From Takakia lepidozioides (Eukaryota; Plantae; Bryophyta): a stretch of 64,000 bases of DNA. The position numbers were made by a program, and so were the translations under genes. The notes under the pieces are model-generated. The model was not told the DNA's origin. It made no database searches and saw nothing but the letters and a program-made list of their open reading frames with translations. Positions 25,591 through 38,249 of this stretch are shown one piece after another. The stretch is taken from contig CM060734.1 in the NCBI GenBank assembly GCA_030704615.1, forward strand, positions 63,178,001-63,242,000. The letters are read 5' to 3'. The first letter of the stretch is position 1. Each line of letters starts with the position of its first letter.

Positions 25591-26660
25591 ATCATTGTTT
25601 TCTTATGGTGAGGCTGGGTTGATGACCAGCAGACCATATGAGTGCTTGCAGTGGATGCAGGTGCAGATACAGGTCTACGTTAGAAACCTATTATTCCTGC
25701 TTGAACCAGTAGCCGCAACAGGTTCTCTACCCGGTTACCTTGTAGAAAGTGGGGATTAGAGATAGGTTGATAACCGGTTTGAGTGTGAGTTTTCATCATG
25801 GAGGTGCCACCAGGGCGGAGGATTTGGATCGGCATGATCCCATTGACTTGGTGATAGGAGGGTGGCCTTGCCAAGGACATTCACCCGCAGGTCATGGTAA
25901 TGGTTTGCAAGATGCATGATCACATCTGTTTTGGGAGATGCTGCGAGTGTTGCGCGACTTGCAGGTGAGGCAAGTGCAACCTCCAGCTTACATCCTGGAG
26001 AACGTTCCTCTCATGGGAGATTCTCGGGCCAGGGTTATGGTCAGTGTACATCAGATCCGGTCATGGATTGGACCAGCTGTATTGTTGGATGCAGCAGCAG
26101 TGGGTTCACGGGCACATAGGCCTAGGTTGTGGTGGACCAATCTTGCACCACTAGAGTTGCTCAAAAGAGCGTATGATTCCATTCAACGACCACCCAACCT
26201 CACGGTTGAGGGCATTTTGGACCAAGGGAGGCAACCACAGATAGTGCGACATGATGATCGTCTACCTTTGGCGGTGGTCAATCGAGTGGGGCAGCCACGT
26301 GCAGCCTTGCCTCCACTCATGAGCTTTCCCTCGTCTCATGCTTTTCGAGACAATGGTCCTGGGTTGATTTGGGACAGTGTGCTACAACAATTTGTGGAGC
26401 CCAATGCAGATGAGCGAGAGCGGACAATGGGATTTGCCAACAACTGTGCCAGCTCTGTCAGAGGCATCACGACGCCAGATGTTGGGTCAGGCAATGGATC
26501 TCAATTGCTTGACATGGGTCATTTGGCTTGTGTATGGCTGAGCAACGGAGATTGCAAGCCCATTGGATATTGCATCATCTCTGCCAACCGGGACGGTGGA
26601 GGCAGTGAGTAGGGGCAAGCACAGGATCATGGGATGCAAACACCCATGGCAGATGTGGGA
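25590..26660 (+). mobile_element. Element E fragment: 5' UTR/gag start joined by a ~3-kb deletion to MTase motifs IV-X
   Basis: 25590-25811 matches B ~30700-30920; then IDLVIGGWPCQG, YILENV, AHRPRLWWTNL, ERERTMGF. Confidence 0.85.
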
Positions 26661-27290
26661 TGTACGGACATAGCCCAGAGGAACTTACCAGGAGTAAATA
26701 CCAGAAGTTACCAAGTTACCATGTTACTGGAAGCTACCATGACTACCGTGATTTACCATGATCTACCATGATCTATCATGATTTACCATTACTTACCAAG
26801 TTACCGGAAGTTTACCAAATTACCAAGAGTAACTTGGGAAACTGCTCAGGAAGCTTCCTTTGGAGGAAACTTCTCCATCAAGATACCTCATTTGTTTAAG
26901 GAAGCTTCTCCATCAAGAAACCTTTGTTTAATCTTGGAAACTTCTCCAGCAAGCAACCTCCATAGGAGAAGCTTCTTAGGGAAGCTTCTTAGTAGCCAGT
27001 ATATATAGGAGGCGAGACTGGTCACTCTTCAGCCTCGCCAACACAAGTTCAAGCTACTCTTGTTCCAAGTCCAGTACTCCAGTCCAGCTTCCAGTATCCA
27101 GTCCAGTTTCCAGCATTCCAGTATCCTAGTCGAGTTCCAGTATTTTGTACTCTTGTCCATTGTTATAAAGATTATCTTGATTCACGTTCACCTACCATGC
27201 ATTCGGCCACGCCGACCTTGACTTCTTGTCTAGTCTTGTACCTCTAGTCTGATCTCTTGTTTGTGTTTTGTCGTGTTCTCGTCCTTGACA
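26661..27290 (+). repeat. Full-length LTR of family D (630 bp), no matching TSD
   Basis: TGTACGG...CCTTGACA; TATA at 27000-27007; 3' part matches the reverse complement of 23034-23254; flanks tggga / aaatg differ. Confidence 0.85.
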
Positions 27291-28402
27291 AAATGTCTCA
27301 ACTCCTCATGGGCATGGCGTACTAATCGCGCTCGTTGTGTTGGATGAGGCACAATCCTCACTCGTCCACCCTCCCATACCCGGAGTAGATGAGTCCCCTC
27401 CCACTTGAACCTCTTGGCTCGTTGTAGGACCCAATCCCTCTCCCTAGCAGTCACACTGGTTGCTGTCTCTCCGGTACGAAGGTATGTCAACACTGCTGTA
27501 TCTTCATGCACATCCTTAGCACCACCAGACTCCTCACTAGTCTTTGGATCGTCATACACGCTATCTACATGACCAATCGCATGGGATGGACCACCTTGAG
27601 CTCCCATTGCTAGAATGCACAAAAAGGCCAATGCATGTCATCCTGGCACCATCTCCTCATCCGTCTCACCATGCCACCGAGCTCCAGTATCATCAAGCTC
27701 ACTTGTGCATGGATTGCGACTCAATCCATCCGCATCCCGGTTGACTATTCCGGCTCGATGCACCACCTGGAAGTCGTACTCTTGAAGCATAAGTGCCAAC
27801 CGTGCAAGCTTCCCTGTAAGCTTGTCTGACTCCATCAACCACTTCAATGGTTGGTGATCCGTAACAAGAGTGAAGAGATTGCCATAGAGGTAGTATCTAA
27901 AATATGCCACTGCCCATACTGCAGCTAGACACTCCCCTTCATAGGAACTATACTTCGCCTCGGCATCATTGTTCGAGCGGCTAGCATATGCCACTAGGAA
28001 CTCTCTTCCCTCATCATCCACCTATGTGAGTACTGCTCCAATCCCCAACATACTCCAATCCGTATGTAGCTGGAAAGGTCACCCCGAATAGGCCGCCTCA
28101 GAATAGGTGCAGAAGTCAATCGAGCCTTGAGTTCCTCAAAGGCTTCCTCCTGCTCCTCCTCCCACTGCCACTCCTGACTCACCTTGGTCAACTTGGTAAG
28201 AGCCTTTGCAATGCTGCTAAATCCCTTGACAAACCGTCGATAGTAGTTTGTCAATCCCATGGAGGGGGATATCGGCCAGGTGTTTGGCGTTTCCACCCTA
28301 GGGACTATGTGTATCTGCAGCAGACAGCGCCTATGACCTTGGATGTTACAACAGGACATGTGATTCTAAGGGTCAATGAGGTGTTGCTTTCAGGAGTGTT
28401 GA
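27291..28402. mobile_element. Element E fragments: inverted RT-end/RH/INT-N piece (27291-28260, minus) and INT C-terminal piece (28261-28402, plus)
   Basis: GLTNYYRRFVKGFS, VAYASRSNN, RHAHEEL on minus; YVYLQQTAPMTLDVT on plus. Confidence 0.8.
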
Positions 28403-29567
28403 TGTTTGGAGTGCACATGTGTTGTGTGGTTTTGGACAGTTGTGTAGCGATATATCACCAAATATTTCTCAATGCGAAACTCGTCTACCGCTATAAGGTT
28501 ACTACTGAAGTTTTCGCCTCACTGAATTTGTGCAGACGTACCGTATATATGCACCGGTCCTCTATACCCACTTATGGGAAGTCTTGTGTGTGTGGAAGCA
28601 TGGATTCTAGGGTTTGAGAATCCTTTGTATGCATTATGGAGTCGATGGTGTGCGCCATGGCTTGTGGAGAGTGACTAAAGGCTTGTTAGAGCTAATTTCA
28701 CTATCAAGCTAGGGTTAAGCAAGTTCAAAGTGTCATGGATGTTGTGGAAAAGAAGCCAAGGAGCTACATAGGCTTGGGCTTGAAGACAACAAGGGCAAGT
28801 ACTTGGAGAGCACTAAGAAGCTCAAGAGGTTTTGAAAGGGAGCATATGAAGAAATCTTCCAATCATGGTGGTATGGAGCCAAGCTTAGGGCGCCATTGGA
28901 AGGGCTTGGAGAACATATGGTGGGAAATCCTTGAAGGGAAATCATCATTCAATGTATGCATAGCTTCACCCTAACTATGTAATGTGACAAGAGGGGGAGA
29001 CAATACTTGGTTATTCATGCTCTTGGTAGTGCGAGCTTTGTGGTGGATAGTTGACCAAACAAGTGGTGTATATGTGTAGCATGCTCTCCTGAGTTTGTAA
29101 GTTCAAGTTTGAGAAGGGGAGCTCTTGAACTAGCAAGAGGTGAAGGCCTTGAGATCCATTTGTGTGTGAAGTGGAGAGGTGTTGATTCATGTTATGATGA
29201 AGGAGAGCAACACATAGGCCAAGAGGTCATGGAACATGCATTCAAATGAGCAAGGGGAACACATGGATGATGGATTGGTGCAAGACCCCAAATGAGGCAT
29301 ATGGCGTGAGAGTGGGATCCAAGGCGGATTGCTTGGGAGCATTATTGTAAGTGACAAGCATTGCTCCTACACATTGAGATAATTTGTGTTGATTTGGAGC
29401 AATTGTCAAGTGATGAGGAACCACTCTTGGTTGCACATTGGGGTGGAAGAGAGCAAGAAGATGCCTCATATGACCACCTAGAGACCATATTTTTGCTTGA
29501 GTAGAAGCATAGAAGTCAAAGACTTGCATTCTAGCTCTTCATTACAAACCCTAGTAATGTATGCTCA

Positions 29568-30140
29568 GACTATACCTCTGTTAGTATACCAAACAAGAGC
29601 TTGTCCCTTTGACTATACCTCTGTTGAGGTATCACCATATGTGAACCCTAATGTGAGACTATACCTCTGTTAGTATACCAAACATGAGCTTGTCCATTTT
29701 ACTATACCTCTACTGAGGTATCACCATATGTGAACCCTAATCAGCTCAGACTATACCTTTGTTAGTATACCAAATAGGAGCTTGTCCCTTTGACTATACC
29801 TCTGTTGAGGTATCACCATATATGAACCCTAATGTGAGACTATACCTCTGTTAGTATACCAAACAGGAGCTTGTCCATTTTACTATACCTCTATTGAGGT
29901 ATCACCATATGTGAACCCTAATCAGCTCAGACTATACCTCTGTTAGTATACCAAACAGGAGCTTGTCCCTTTTACTATACCTCTGTTGAGGTATTACCAT
30001 ATGTGGACCCTAATCAGCTCAGACTATACCTTTGTTAGTATACCAAACAGAACCCTCATTTTCAGACTATACCTCTGTAAGGGTATCATCAACATAAGGG
30101 ACCTTAGCAACCTCAAACTATACCTCTGTTAAGGTATCAA
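29568..30140 (+). repeat. Tandem array of ~13 monomers (~44-50 bp) in alternating A/B types with a ~180-bp higher-order period, in the 5' UTR of B
   Basis: Each monomer starts actatacctctgtt; type A continues agtataccaaac, type B continues gaggtatcaccatatg; A1 at 29568, A3 at 29748, A5 at 29929. Confidence 0.9.
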
Positions 30141-30904
30141 CATTGACAGGACTTAATAAAATTTAAGGGCTTTTGGAGGATTTGTGGGCCCTTGGAGGAG
30201 TGTTTAGAGGATCATTGGGGTCCTTGGAGGAGTATTGGAGGACCCTTCGAGGAGCTTTGGTGGACAATGTTGAAGAGCTCTTGAAGGATTGATTGAGGGA
30301 TATTTGAAGGATACTTGCCACGGCCATACAAGTGAGTGGATAGAGAGAGGAGGGAGAGTGGTGGGATGAGAACATTCTAGGGTTAGGAATTGCTTTAGTT
30401 TCTCTTCTCCATAGTCTTTCACCATCTCTGTAAGGCCAAAACCTCTCCGTAGGTGGAGGCATGAGTCAGTCCGGATTTGGGCTGGGGTGTCTTGCAGAAG
30501 CGACATTGTGGAGTGCTTTTGGTGTGGGGGAGTTACTGTTTTGATTTTCTTGTATTTGGATCCCCTCCACACCTGCATGCTTGACTGTGCGCCATGTCAG
30601 TTTTGTGTGGGCGCTTGTTTTCATAGGAGGTTGGTCCGGATTTGATCACCGGTTAATCCTAGAGCGTGCTGTGGGTGGTGAGGCTGGGGTGATGACCAGT
30701 CAGACCATCATTGTTCTCTTATGGTAAGGCTGGGTTGATGACCAGTAGACCATAGGCGGTGGATGCAGGTGCAAGTACAGATCTACGTTAGAAACCTATT
30801 ATTCCTGCTTGAACCAGTAGCTGCAACAGGTTCTCTACCCGATTACCTTGTGGAAAGGGGGATTAGAGACAGGTTTACAACAGGTGTGGTTGTGAGTTTT
30901 CATC

Positions 30905-33790
30905 ACGGAGGTGCCACCAGTTCCTGAGGAGAATGCCGGTACGAGCACCAGCGATACTAGTGGGTATACAAGACGAGGTGTGCGGTTTAGACCACCTTCA
31001 CCTTCAGTGTCTTCTGAGGAAGGTTCAGACTCGGAGTCAGGAGGATTCTCGCCGAGGGTGCAAGCCATTTCCATGCCATTGTTGTGGGATACGATGGAGG
31101 AAATGTACGGAGCTACTAAGGGGCCACGACGGTACTCTGGAGCTGTGGGCACCATCGAGCTTGATGATTTCATATAAGACTTTGATAGTTGGTATGATTT
31201 GCAGCAGATGCGTAATCCACAACTGTTTACGCCTTTTATAGCGTGGAAGGGGCTGTTTCAGCACCTTGAGGGGTCGCCTATGGATGACTATCATGAGTTT
31301 AGGCGGGGAAATGAGGTGGAGATTGAGGAGTGGTGACAATATTGGTCACTTGACTATGTCTCCATCACTAGAGGCACAAGGGCAGCGGCGATACCAGCAA
31401 CTACACCAACATCCCCAACTGCAAGCACTCGTAGTGAGACAAGTAAAGATGGAGCTGGGAAATTCACTCAAGCTCCTGCTGCAGCACCAACACCCGTGCC
31501 TGCCTTTAACCCAGTTGTGGAGTTCTTCGAGGAGTTGGGGAGAAACTACCAGGGGATAAGGACGGAGAAGTTGCGGAGCTTGCAAGAGTTCCAGCGCAAG
31601 CCTACTGAGAGTTTGAGGGAGGCTTACACACGCATGAGGCGATTGATAAATGTAACCCAAGGAGTTACGGAAGCTCAAGCAGTCCAATTTTGGTATGGGA
31701 TATTGGACAAAGAGCTGAGGAGAAGGGTGCGGGATGCAACTCTCCTACAAGTGGACCAACCCACCTTAGCAAACGTGTTTTTGCTCGCAGGCTGAGTGAG
31801 TGGTCATGGTGGGGTTTGGTAAGGAGACACAACAAAGCGGGGCTCCTAGCCAACAACAACCAATACCCCAACGTGCTCAAGGCAACAAGGGGGCTCAGGC
31901 GAAGCCCAGGAAAGGACAGAGAGGATCTCAATTGCAGAGGTCATTTCCTTCATTCTCAGGCCAACAACAGTCGGGTGTGACATATTGGGATTGTGGAGGA
32001 TCCCATGTTAAGAGAGATTGCCCGGAGAGAGGCAAAGGGCCGGCACAGGCACAACCTACACAACTACAGTGTGGGCATTGTGGCAAGTATGGGCATGAGG
32101 AGGCCCATTGTTATGACTTGCCTCCTGAGCTACGGCCAGGCCAGTTCCAAGGAAACAATGGTGGCCGAGGACAAGGCAATATAGTCCAGAGAGGTAGAGG
32201 AGGCAGAGGTCGCAACCAAAACCAGGGAGCACAAGGTCAAGGTCAAGGTCATGACCAAGGCATGGTGGATAGGCTTGCCCAACTAGAGCAACGTCTTGCT
32301 ACCATGGCCACTACGCATGTTGTGCCAGCTCCAAGGCCTGAGGTTCAAGCCCCACCTGCACAACCTCCTATGCCTAGGGAAGACCACATTGGTATGGGCT
32401 TCATGTGTGGAGCCGCACTTGCAGGACCATTGCATGTGGACTCTGCAGCTGCTGTCACTCGAGCAGCAACGCGTGCTCCTGAGCCAAGAGGAGCAGATGT
32501 GGATTTTGATCCACAAAGAGGGGAAGCAAGTCGACAGACAAGGCTTCCACAGTTTTTTCACATTGGCTGAGACAGTGCCAACTACGCCATCGATGGTACC
32601 CGCTCCCCCAAGTGTGTCAGAGGTAGAGCCACGAGTGCCAGTGGGGAGAATTGGTGTGGCTCGGGAAATGCCAGTGGATGGTGCTGCAAAGCAAGGTGCA
32701 GCCAGTACATTGTTGAGGGCGGCTACGGCTATTTGCCAAGCTCCATTGTTTTCTGCAATGACCATTGCAATGCCAGGGATTCGTCCAGCTGCTCTATTCA
32801 GACTAGGTGCTAGACTCTGTGAGAGTGGTGATGCATCGACACTATCTGTGGAGATAGCAGATAAGGTGCAGTCTATGGATGCTTTGGATTGGAGGGTGAA
32901 GTCAGCCACAGCTGTGCCATGGCAAGCGGCAGCTGCAAGGTTACAGGAGTTGCCAGCTAGACCAGCCATTGAGCGTAGTATGGTGACTCCTGGGGTAGTC
33001 CTGGTGGACAATCAGGATGGTGTAATTCAGTTGGGTGGCCCAGCCGGGATGATGTATAGGCCACTACGGGTCTTGTTGGACTCAGGAGCACAGCCATTGA
33101 TGTTGGGAAGAGCAGCAATTGCAGGCTTGGGCCTTATAGAGGCGGATTTGGAGCCTTGTCATTTCAAAATTCAAACATCTTTGGGCGGTTTAGAGAAGGC
33201 ACGAGGGATTACACGCCATGAGCTCTTCATTCGATTACAGCCGGATCATCCTACGGACGGCTCAGTCATGAGAGCTAAAGCCATTGTTACGGACGCGATG
33301 TCTTATGATGTGCTTGCTGGTGGGGCAGTGTTATACCCCATGGGATTGACTCTGGACTTTTGGGAGGAAACGACATCCTACAGGCCGGAATGGCAGTTAG
33401 GAGATGGCCGACGTGCACTGCTTCCAGTGCGGTTTATTGGGAATGTAGCGGTGGATCATAGGAACATGATGCCCACATTGGCTGCATTCTCAGGGGTGGT
33501 GGCTTGGGGTGGTGAGCTCTTGGAGGGCAATAGCCATGCAGATGATAGGCCATCACCTGATGAGGAAAAACAATTGGCATACAAGGCTGATTTGCTTCCT
33601 CATGTGCCTGTGCATATTCCACTGTGGGGTACGGTTGGGAATTTGCATCAAGTAGCAGGCGAGTGTGTGCACCAAGCATGGCAGGAGGCCTTTCCATTGG
33701 TGAGTGAGGGGAGTTCAGTGACATCACCTGGACCTCCTGAGTTAGCTCCTTTGGACACAGTGCCCATTACCTGGCAACCACCTGACTCAG
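30905..33790 (+). pseudogene. Element B gag + aspartic protease
   Basis: GYTRRGVRFRPPSP, LRSLQEFQR, CGHCGKYGHEEAHC; protease VLLDSGAQPL and SYDVLAGG. Confidence 0.85.
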
Positions 33791-33792
33791 GG

Positions 33793-34770
33793 ATTTGTTT
33801 GCTAGACTTGTTTGGAGGCATGAGCACTGGGCTTGCAGGAGTATTGCAAGCAGGGATTAAAGTACGCAAGTACTTGTATGTGGAGAAGGATGAGATAGCT
33901 TAGCGTATTGCTATGTGCCACATCGCCTTGCTCACACACTAGTATCCCAAGTTGTTGCATCTCTCAGCAATTCAAGGGTATCAAAAGGCCTTGCCAGCAG
34001 ACATTACCTTGCTGGGGGCGGATGATTTGGACCGGCATGGTGCCATTGACTTGGTGATAGCTGGATGGCCTTGCCAATGACACTCTCCCGCAGGTCATGG
34101 GAATGGCTTGCATGATGCACGATCGCATTTGTTTTGGGAGATGTTGCGAGTGTTGCGTGACTTGCAGGTGAGGCAAGTGCAACCTCCAGCTTACATCCTG
34201 GAGAATGTTCCTCTCATGGGGGATTCTTGCGCCAGGGTTATGGCTAGTGTGCATCAGATCCGGTCATGGATTGGACCAGCTGTATTGTTGGATGCAGCAG
34301 CAGTGGGTTCACGGGTACATAGGCCTAGGTTGTGGTGGACCAATCTTGCACCACCAGAGTTGCTCAAGAGAGCCTATGATTCCATTCAATGGCCACCCAA
34401 CCTCACGGTTGAGGGCATTTTGGACCAAGGGAGGCAACCACAAAGAGTGCGACATGATGACCGCCCACCTCTATTAGTGATAAATTGAGTAGGGCAGCCA
34501 CGTGCAACCTTGCTTACGTTCATGAGCTTTTCCTCGTTTCATGCTTTTAGAGACAATGGTCCTGGGTTGATTTGGGACAGTGTGCTACAACAATTGGTGG
34601 AGCCCAATGTGGATGAGCGAGAGCGGGCAATGGGATTTGCCACGGGTACTACAACTGTGCCAGCTCTGTCAGAGGCATCACGACGCCAGGTGTTGGGTCA
34701 GGCAATGGATCTCAATTGCTTGACATGGGTCATTGGCTTGTGCATGGCTGAGCAACGGAGATTGCAAGCA
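33793..34770 (+). pseudogene. Element B DNMT3-like C5 cytosine methyltransferase domain, in frame with protease and RT
   Basis: LLDLFGG, YVEKD, ADI, DLVIAGWPCQ, LFWEMLRVL, ILENV, DAAAVGSRVHRPRLWWTNL, ERERAMGF, RRQVLGQAM; several in-frame stops but a single reading frame. Confidence 0.9.
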
Positions 34771-35274
34771 TTAGCGGCTACTTCTGCACTTCCATTGGAT
34801 ATTGCACCATCTCTGCCAACCGGGAGGGTGGAGGCAGTGAGTGGGGGCGAGCACAGGATCATGGGGTGCAAACACCCATGGCAGATGTGGGATGAGATGC
34901 GCAAAGAGAGAGTCATTGGATCTCTCAAGCAGCAGTATGAGGAGTGGGGAGAGCCATGGACTTAGGATCAGTTGGAGGCCAAGATGGCCAAGGTTTTTGA
35001 AGAGGTTGCGAATGTTTCTTGGTCAGATGATGTTCTCAAGGTGGCTACGGCGGAGCAAGTGGAGGCTACGCCACAGTCAGATTGGGTGGACAAGGCCCAA
35101 GAGGTTGCTATCTAGCAACCAAAGGATTCGTCTCCTACCTCCGCGCCTGGTGTACCCAAGGTTGCAGTCACTGAGGACAATTGGGAACCAGATGTTGGAC
35201 CTACAGTCACCGGAGGAGAGAAACGGAGGATCCAGCGATTTCTAAGGGCTTATAGAAATTGCTTTGCCTTCAGT

Positions 35275-38249
35275 TTGAAGGATTTGGGGAGTTTGAAGGG
35301 TCAGGAGATTCATATTGATTTAGCAAGTGACACGCCAATTTTTCGAAGGCCCAACAGGTATAGTGATATAGAGAGGTCTTTGATCCAGTCACGGACTATG
35401 GAGTTGTTCAAAGTTGGATTGGTGGAGTTGTCAGGCGGGGAGTATGCCTCGGCAACGGTGATGCCAGCTAAGAAGGATATCTATGGCAATTGGACAGAAA
35501 GGAGGATGTGTGGGGACTACCATCCTGTGAACCGTCAGATTAAGTCCGATAGATATGCCATGCCAACTCCAGAGGAGATCTTTGATGCCATTGGGCATGC
35601 AAAGGTGTTTAGCACATTGGACTTGCGATCCGGTTACCACCAGTTGCCAATCAAAGAGGCTGACAAGCAAAATATGGCATTCTGGGGGATTGACCAACAT
35701 GGGAAGGATTGCTTGTACCAATGGCGGTTCCTACCGTTTGGGTTGAAGAATGCTCCTGCAAAGTTTCAGAGGGTTATGGATAAGATTCTTGCAGGGCTAG
35801 ACTTCGCTCGGTGCTACATTGATGATATCATCATCTTTAGTGCCACGGTTGAGGAGCATGAGAGACATCTTCAGGTGGTGTTTGAGCGCTTGAGAGCGTA
35901 TGGATTGAAACTACACCCTGGAAAGTGCAAGTTCTTCCACGATCAGATTGAGTATTTGGGCCACGTGATATACCCTGGAGGATTGGATGTTCAACAGACA
36001 AAGGTGGAGGTCATTGCACGCATTCCACGCCCCATAGATGTAAGCAAAGTTCGTGCTTTAATGAGGTTGACAAACTATTATCGACGGTTTGTCAAGGGAT
36101 TTAGCAGCATTGCAAAGGCTCTTACTAAGTTGATCAAGGTGGGTCAGGAGTGGCAGTGGGAGGAGGAGCAGGAAGAAGCCTTTGAGGAACTCAAGGCTCG
36201 ATTGACTTCTGTGCCTATTCTGAGGCTGCTTATTCGGGGGCGGTCTTTCCAGCTACATACGGATTGGAGTATGCTGGGGATTGGAGCAGTGCTCACACAA
36301 GTGGATGATGAAGGAAGAGAGTTCATCGTGGCATATGCTAGCCGCTCGAACAATGATGCTGAGGCGAAGAATAGTTCTTATGAAGGGAGGTGTCTGGCTG
36401 CAGTATAGACAGTGACACATTTTAGATGCTACCTCTATGACAATCTCTTCACCCTTGTCACGGATCACCAACCATTGAAGTGGTTGAAGGAGTCAGACAA
36501 GCTTACAGGGAAGCTTGCACGGTGGGCACTTATGCTTCAAGAGTAGGACTTCTAGGTGGTGCATCGAGTCGGTATAGTCAATCGGGATGTAGATGGATTG
36601 AGTCGTAATCCATGCACGAACGAGTATGATGATACTGGCGCTCGGTGGCATGATGAGACGGATGAGGAGATGGTGCTAGGATGATATGCATCTGCCTTTT
36701 TGTGCATCCTAGCAATGGGAGCTCAAGCTAGTCCATCCCATGCAATAGGTCATGTAGATAGTGTGCATGACAATCCAGAGACTAGTGAGGAGTTTGGTGG
36801 TGCTAAGGATGTGCATGAAGATGCAGCAGTGTTGGCATACCTTCGTACCGGAGAGACGACAGCCAGTGTGACTGTTAAAGAGAGAGATCGGGTCCTACAA
36901 CGAGCCAAGAGATTCAAGTGGGAGGGGACTCACCTACTCCGAGTATGGGAGGATGGACGAGTGAGGATTATGCCTCATCCAACACAACGAGCGCGATTGA
37001 TACGCCATGCCCATGAGGAGTTGGGATATTTTGGGGTGCGGCGCACTCATAGTTTGCTGCAAGGACAATATTGGTGGCGGGGCATGCACACGGATGTGCA
37101 ACAATTACTGGCAAGATGCATGGTGTGTGATAGAGTGCGGGCTTCTTTCAATGCAGCTACTCCACAATTGCATCATTTACTCATTATGGGTTTGGGCTAT
37201 CGTTGGAGTCTTGACTTCGCAGGCCCATTGCCATTAACTATTCACCATAACAAATATGTGCTGGTGATGGTGGAACATTTCTCCAAATGGATTGAATTGG
37301 TGGCATTTCCTGACAAGACAAGTGAGGGGGTTGCGTATGCATTCTTAGATCTAGTGCTTAGCCAATTTGGTGCTCCAGCCAAGGTACTCACGGACCAGGG
37401 GAGAGAATTCTTGGGAGAGTTTCAGGCTTTGTGTGAGTAAACCTTGATAGATCACCGCACTACTTCTCGGGATCATCCCGAGGCTGATGGCTTGGCCGAG
37501 AGGGTTGTGCAAACAGTCAAGCGAGGCTTGCGCAAGTATTGTTTGCAGAAGGGACACTTGGGAGATTGGGACCTTCAGCTACCTTGGTTGGCTATGAACT
37601 ACAAGTTTTGCAAACAAGCATCACTTGCCTCGTTCTCGCCTTATTTTCTTCTTTTTGGCCGAGAGTCAGATTTGCCTGCATCTATTCGCAGGGGAGACTA
37701 CAGTAGTCCTCAACCTTGATGATCCGGATGTGTGGACACAAGCATGTGCCCAACGGGCAGAGTTGTTCAAGAGAGTCATGCCTATGGCTTTTGAGAACCT
37801 TGCTATTGCCCAACACCGAGACACATTGAGGTACGTCACTATACGTGGAGGGGGATATCGGCTAGATGTTCTTCCATCCTGGGGACTATGTGTATTTGCA
37901 GCAGACAGCGCCTACGACCTTGGATGTCACAGTAGGTCGTGTGATTCTAAGGGTCCGGGAGGTGTTGCCTTCAGGAGTGTTGATTCTGGAGGGTCGAGAT
38001 GGCATGGTATGGAAGGACCATGTGCACAATTGTGCGCCATGTCACCTTTCACATGTGGATGGGAGGATAGATCCCAACCTTGCAGTGGTACCTGCAGGGT
38101 TGCGTTGCATGCTATGTGTGCATGCTGGTGGTGCCGCGACCATGTTGGTGTGTGACAAATGCTCAAGGGGGTGGCACATGGGATACTTGACACCGCCACT
38201 TGAGGAGGTTCCTAGTGGAGAATGGTTGTGTCCACGATGCCTTGGATAG
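35275..38249 (+). pseudogene. Element B RT, RNase H, integrase and PHD finger
   Basis: [22 protein letters not shown]; HTDWS; SLDFAG, LTDQG, GLAERVV; PHD CMLC..CDKC..WHMGY(C>Y)..WLCPRC. Confidence 0.9.

Noticed and set aside
29568-30140. CRISPR-like appearance (palindromic repeats at regular spacing)
   Set aside because: The intervening segments are themselves repeated rather than unique spacers; the context is a eukaryotic retroelement with no cas genes
32540-32570. Programmed gag-pol frameshift at the T6 run in B
   Set aside because: A single-T insertion in a degenerate copy explains it equally well; copy A is deleted here, so there is no comparison
33793-34770. MTase as a bacterial restriction-modification gene or a host DNMT gene
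   Set aside because: It is intronless, in frame within pol between PR and RT, and repeated with the element; there is no cognate nuclease or independent start
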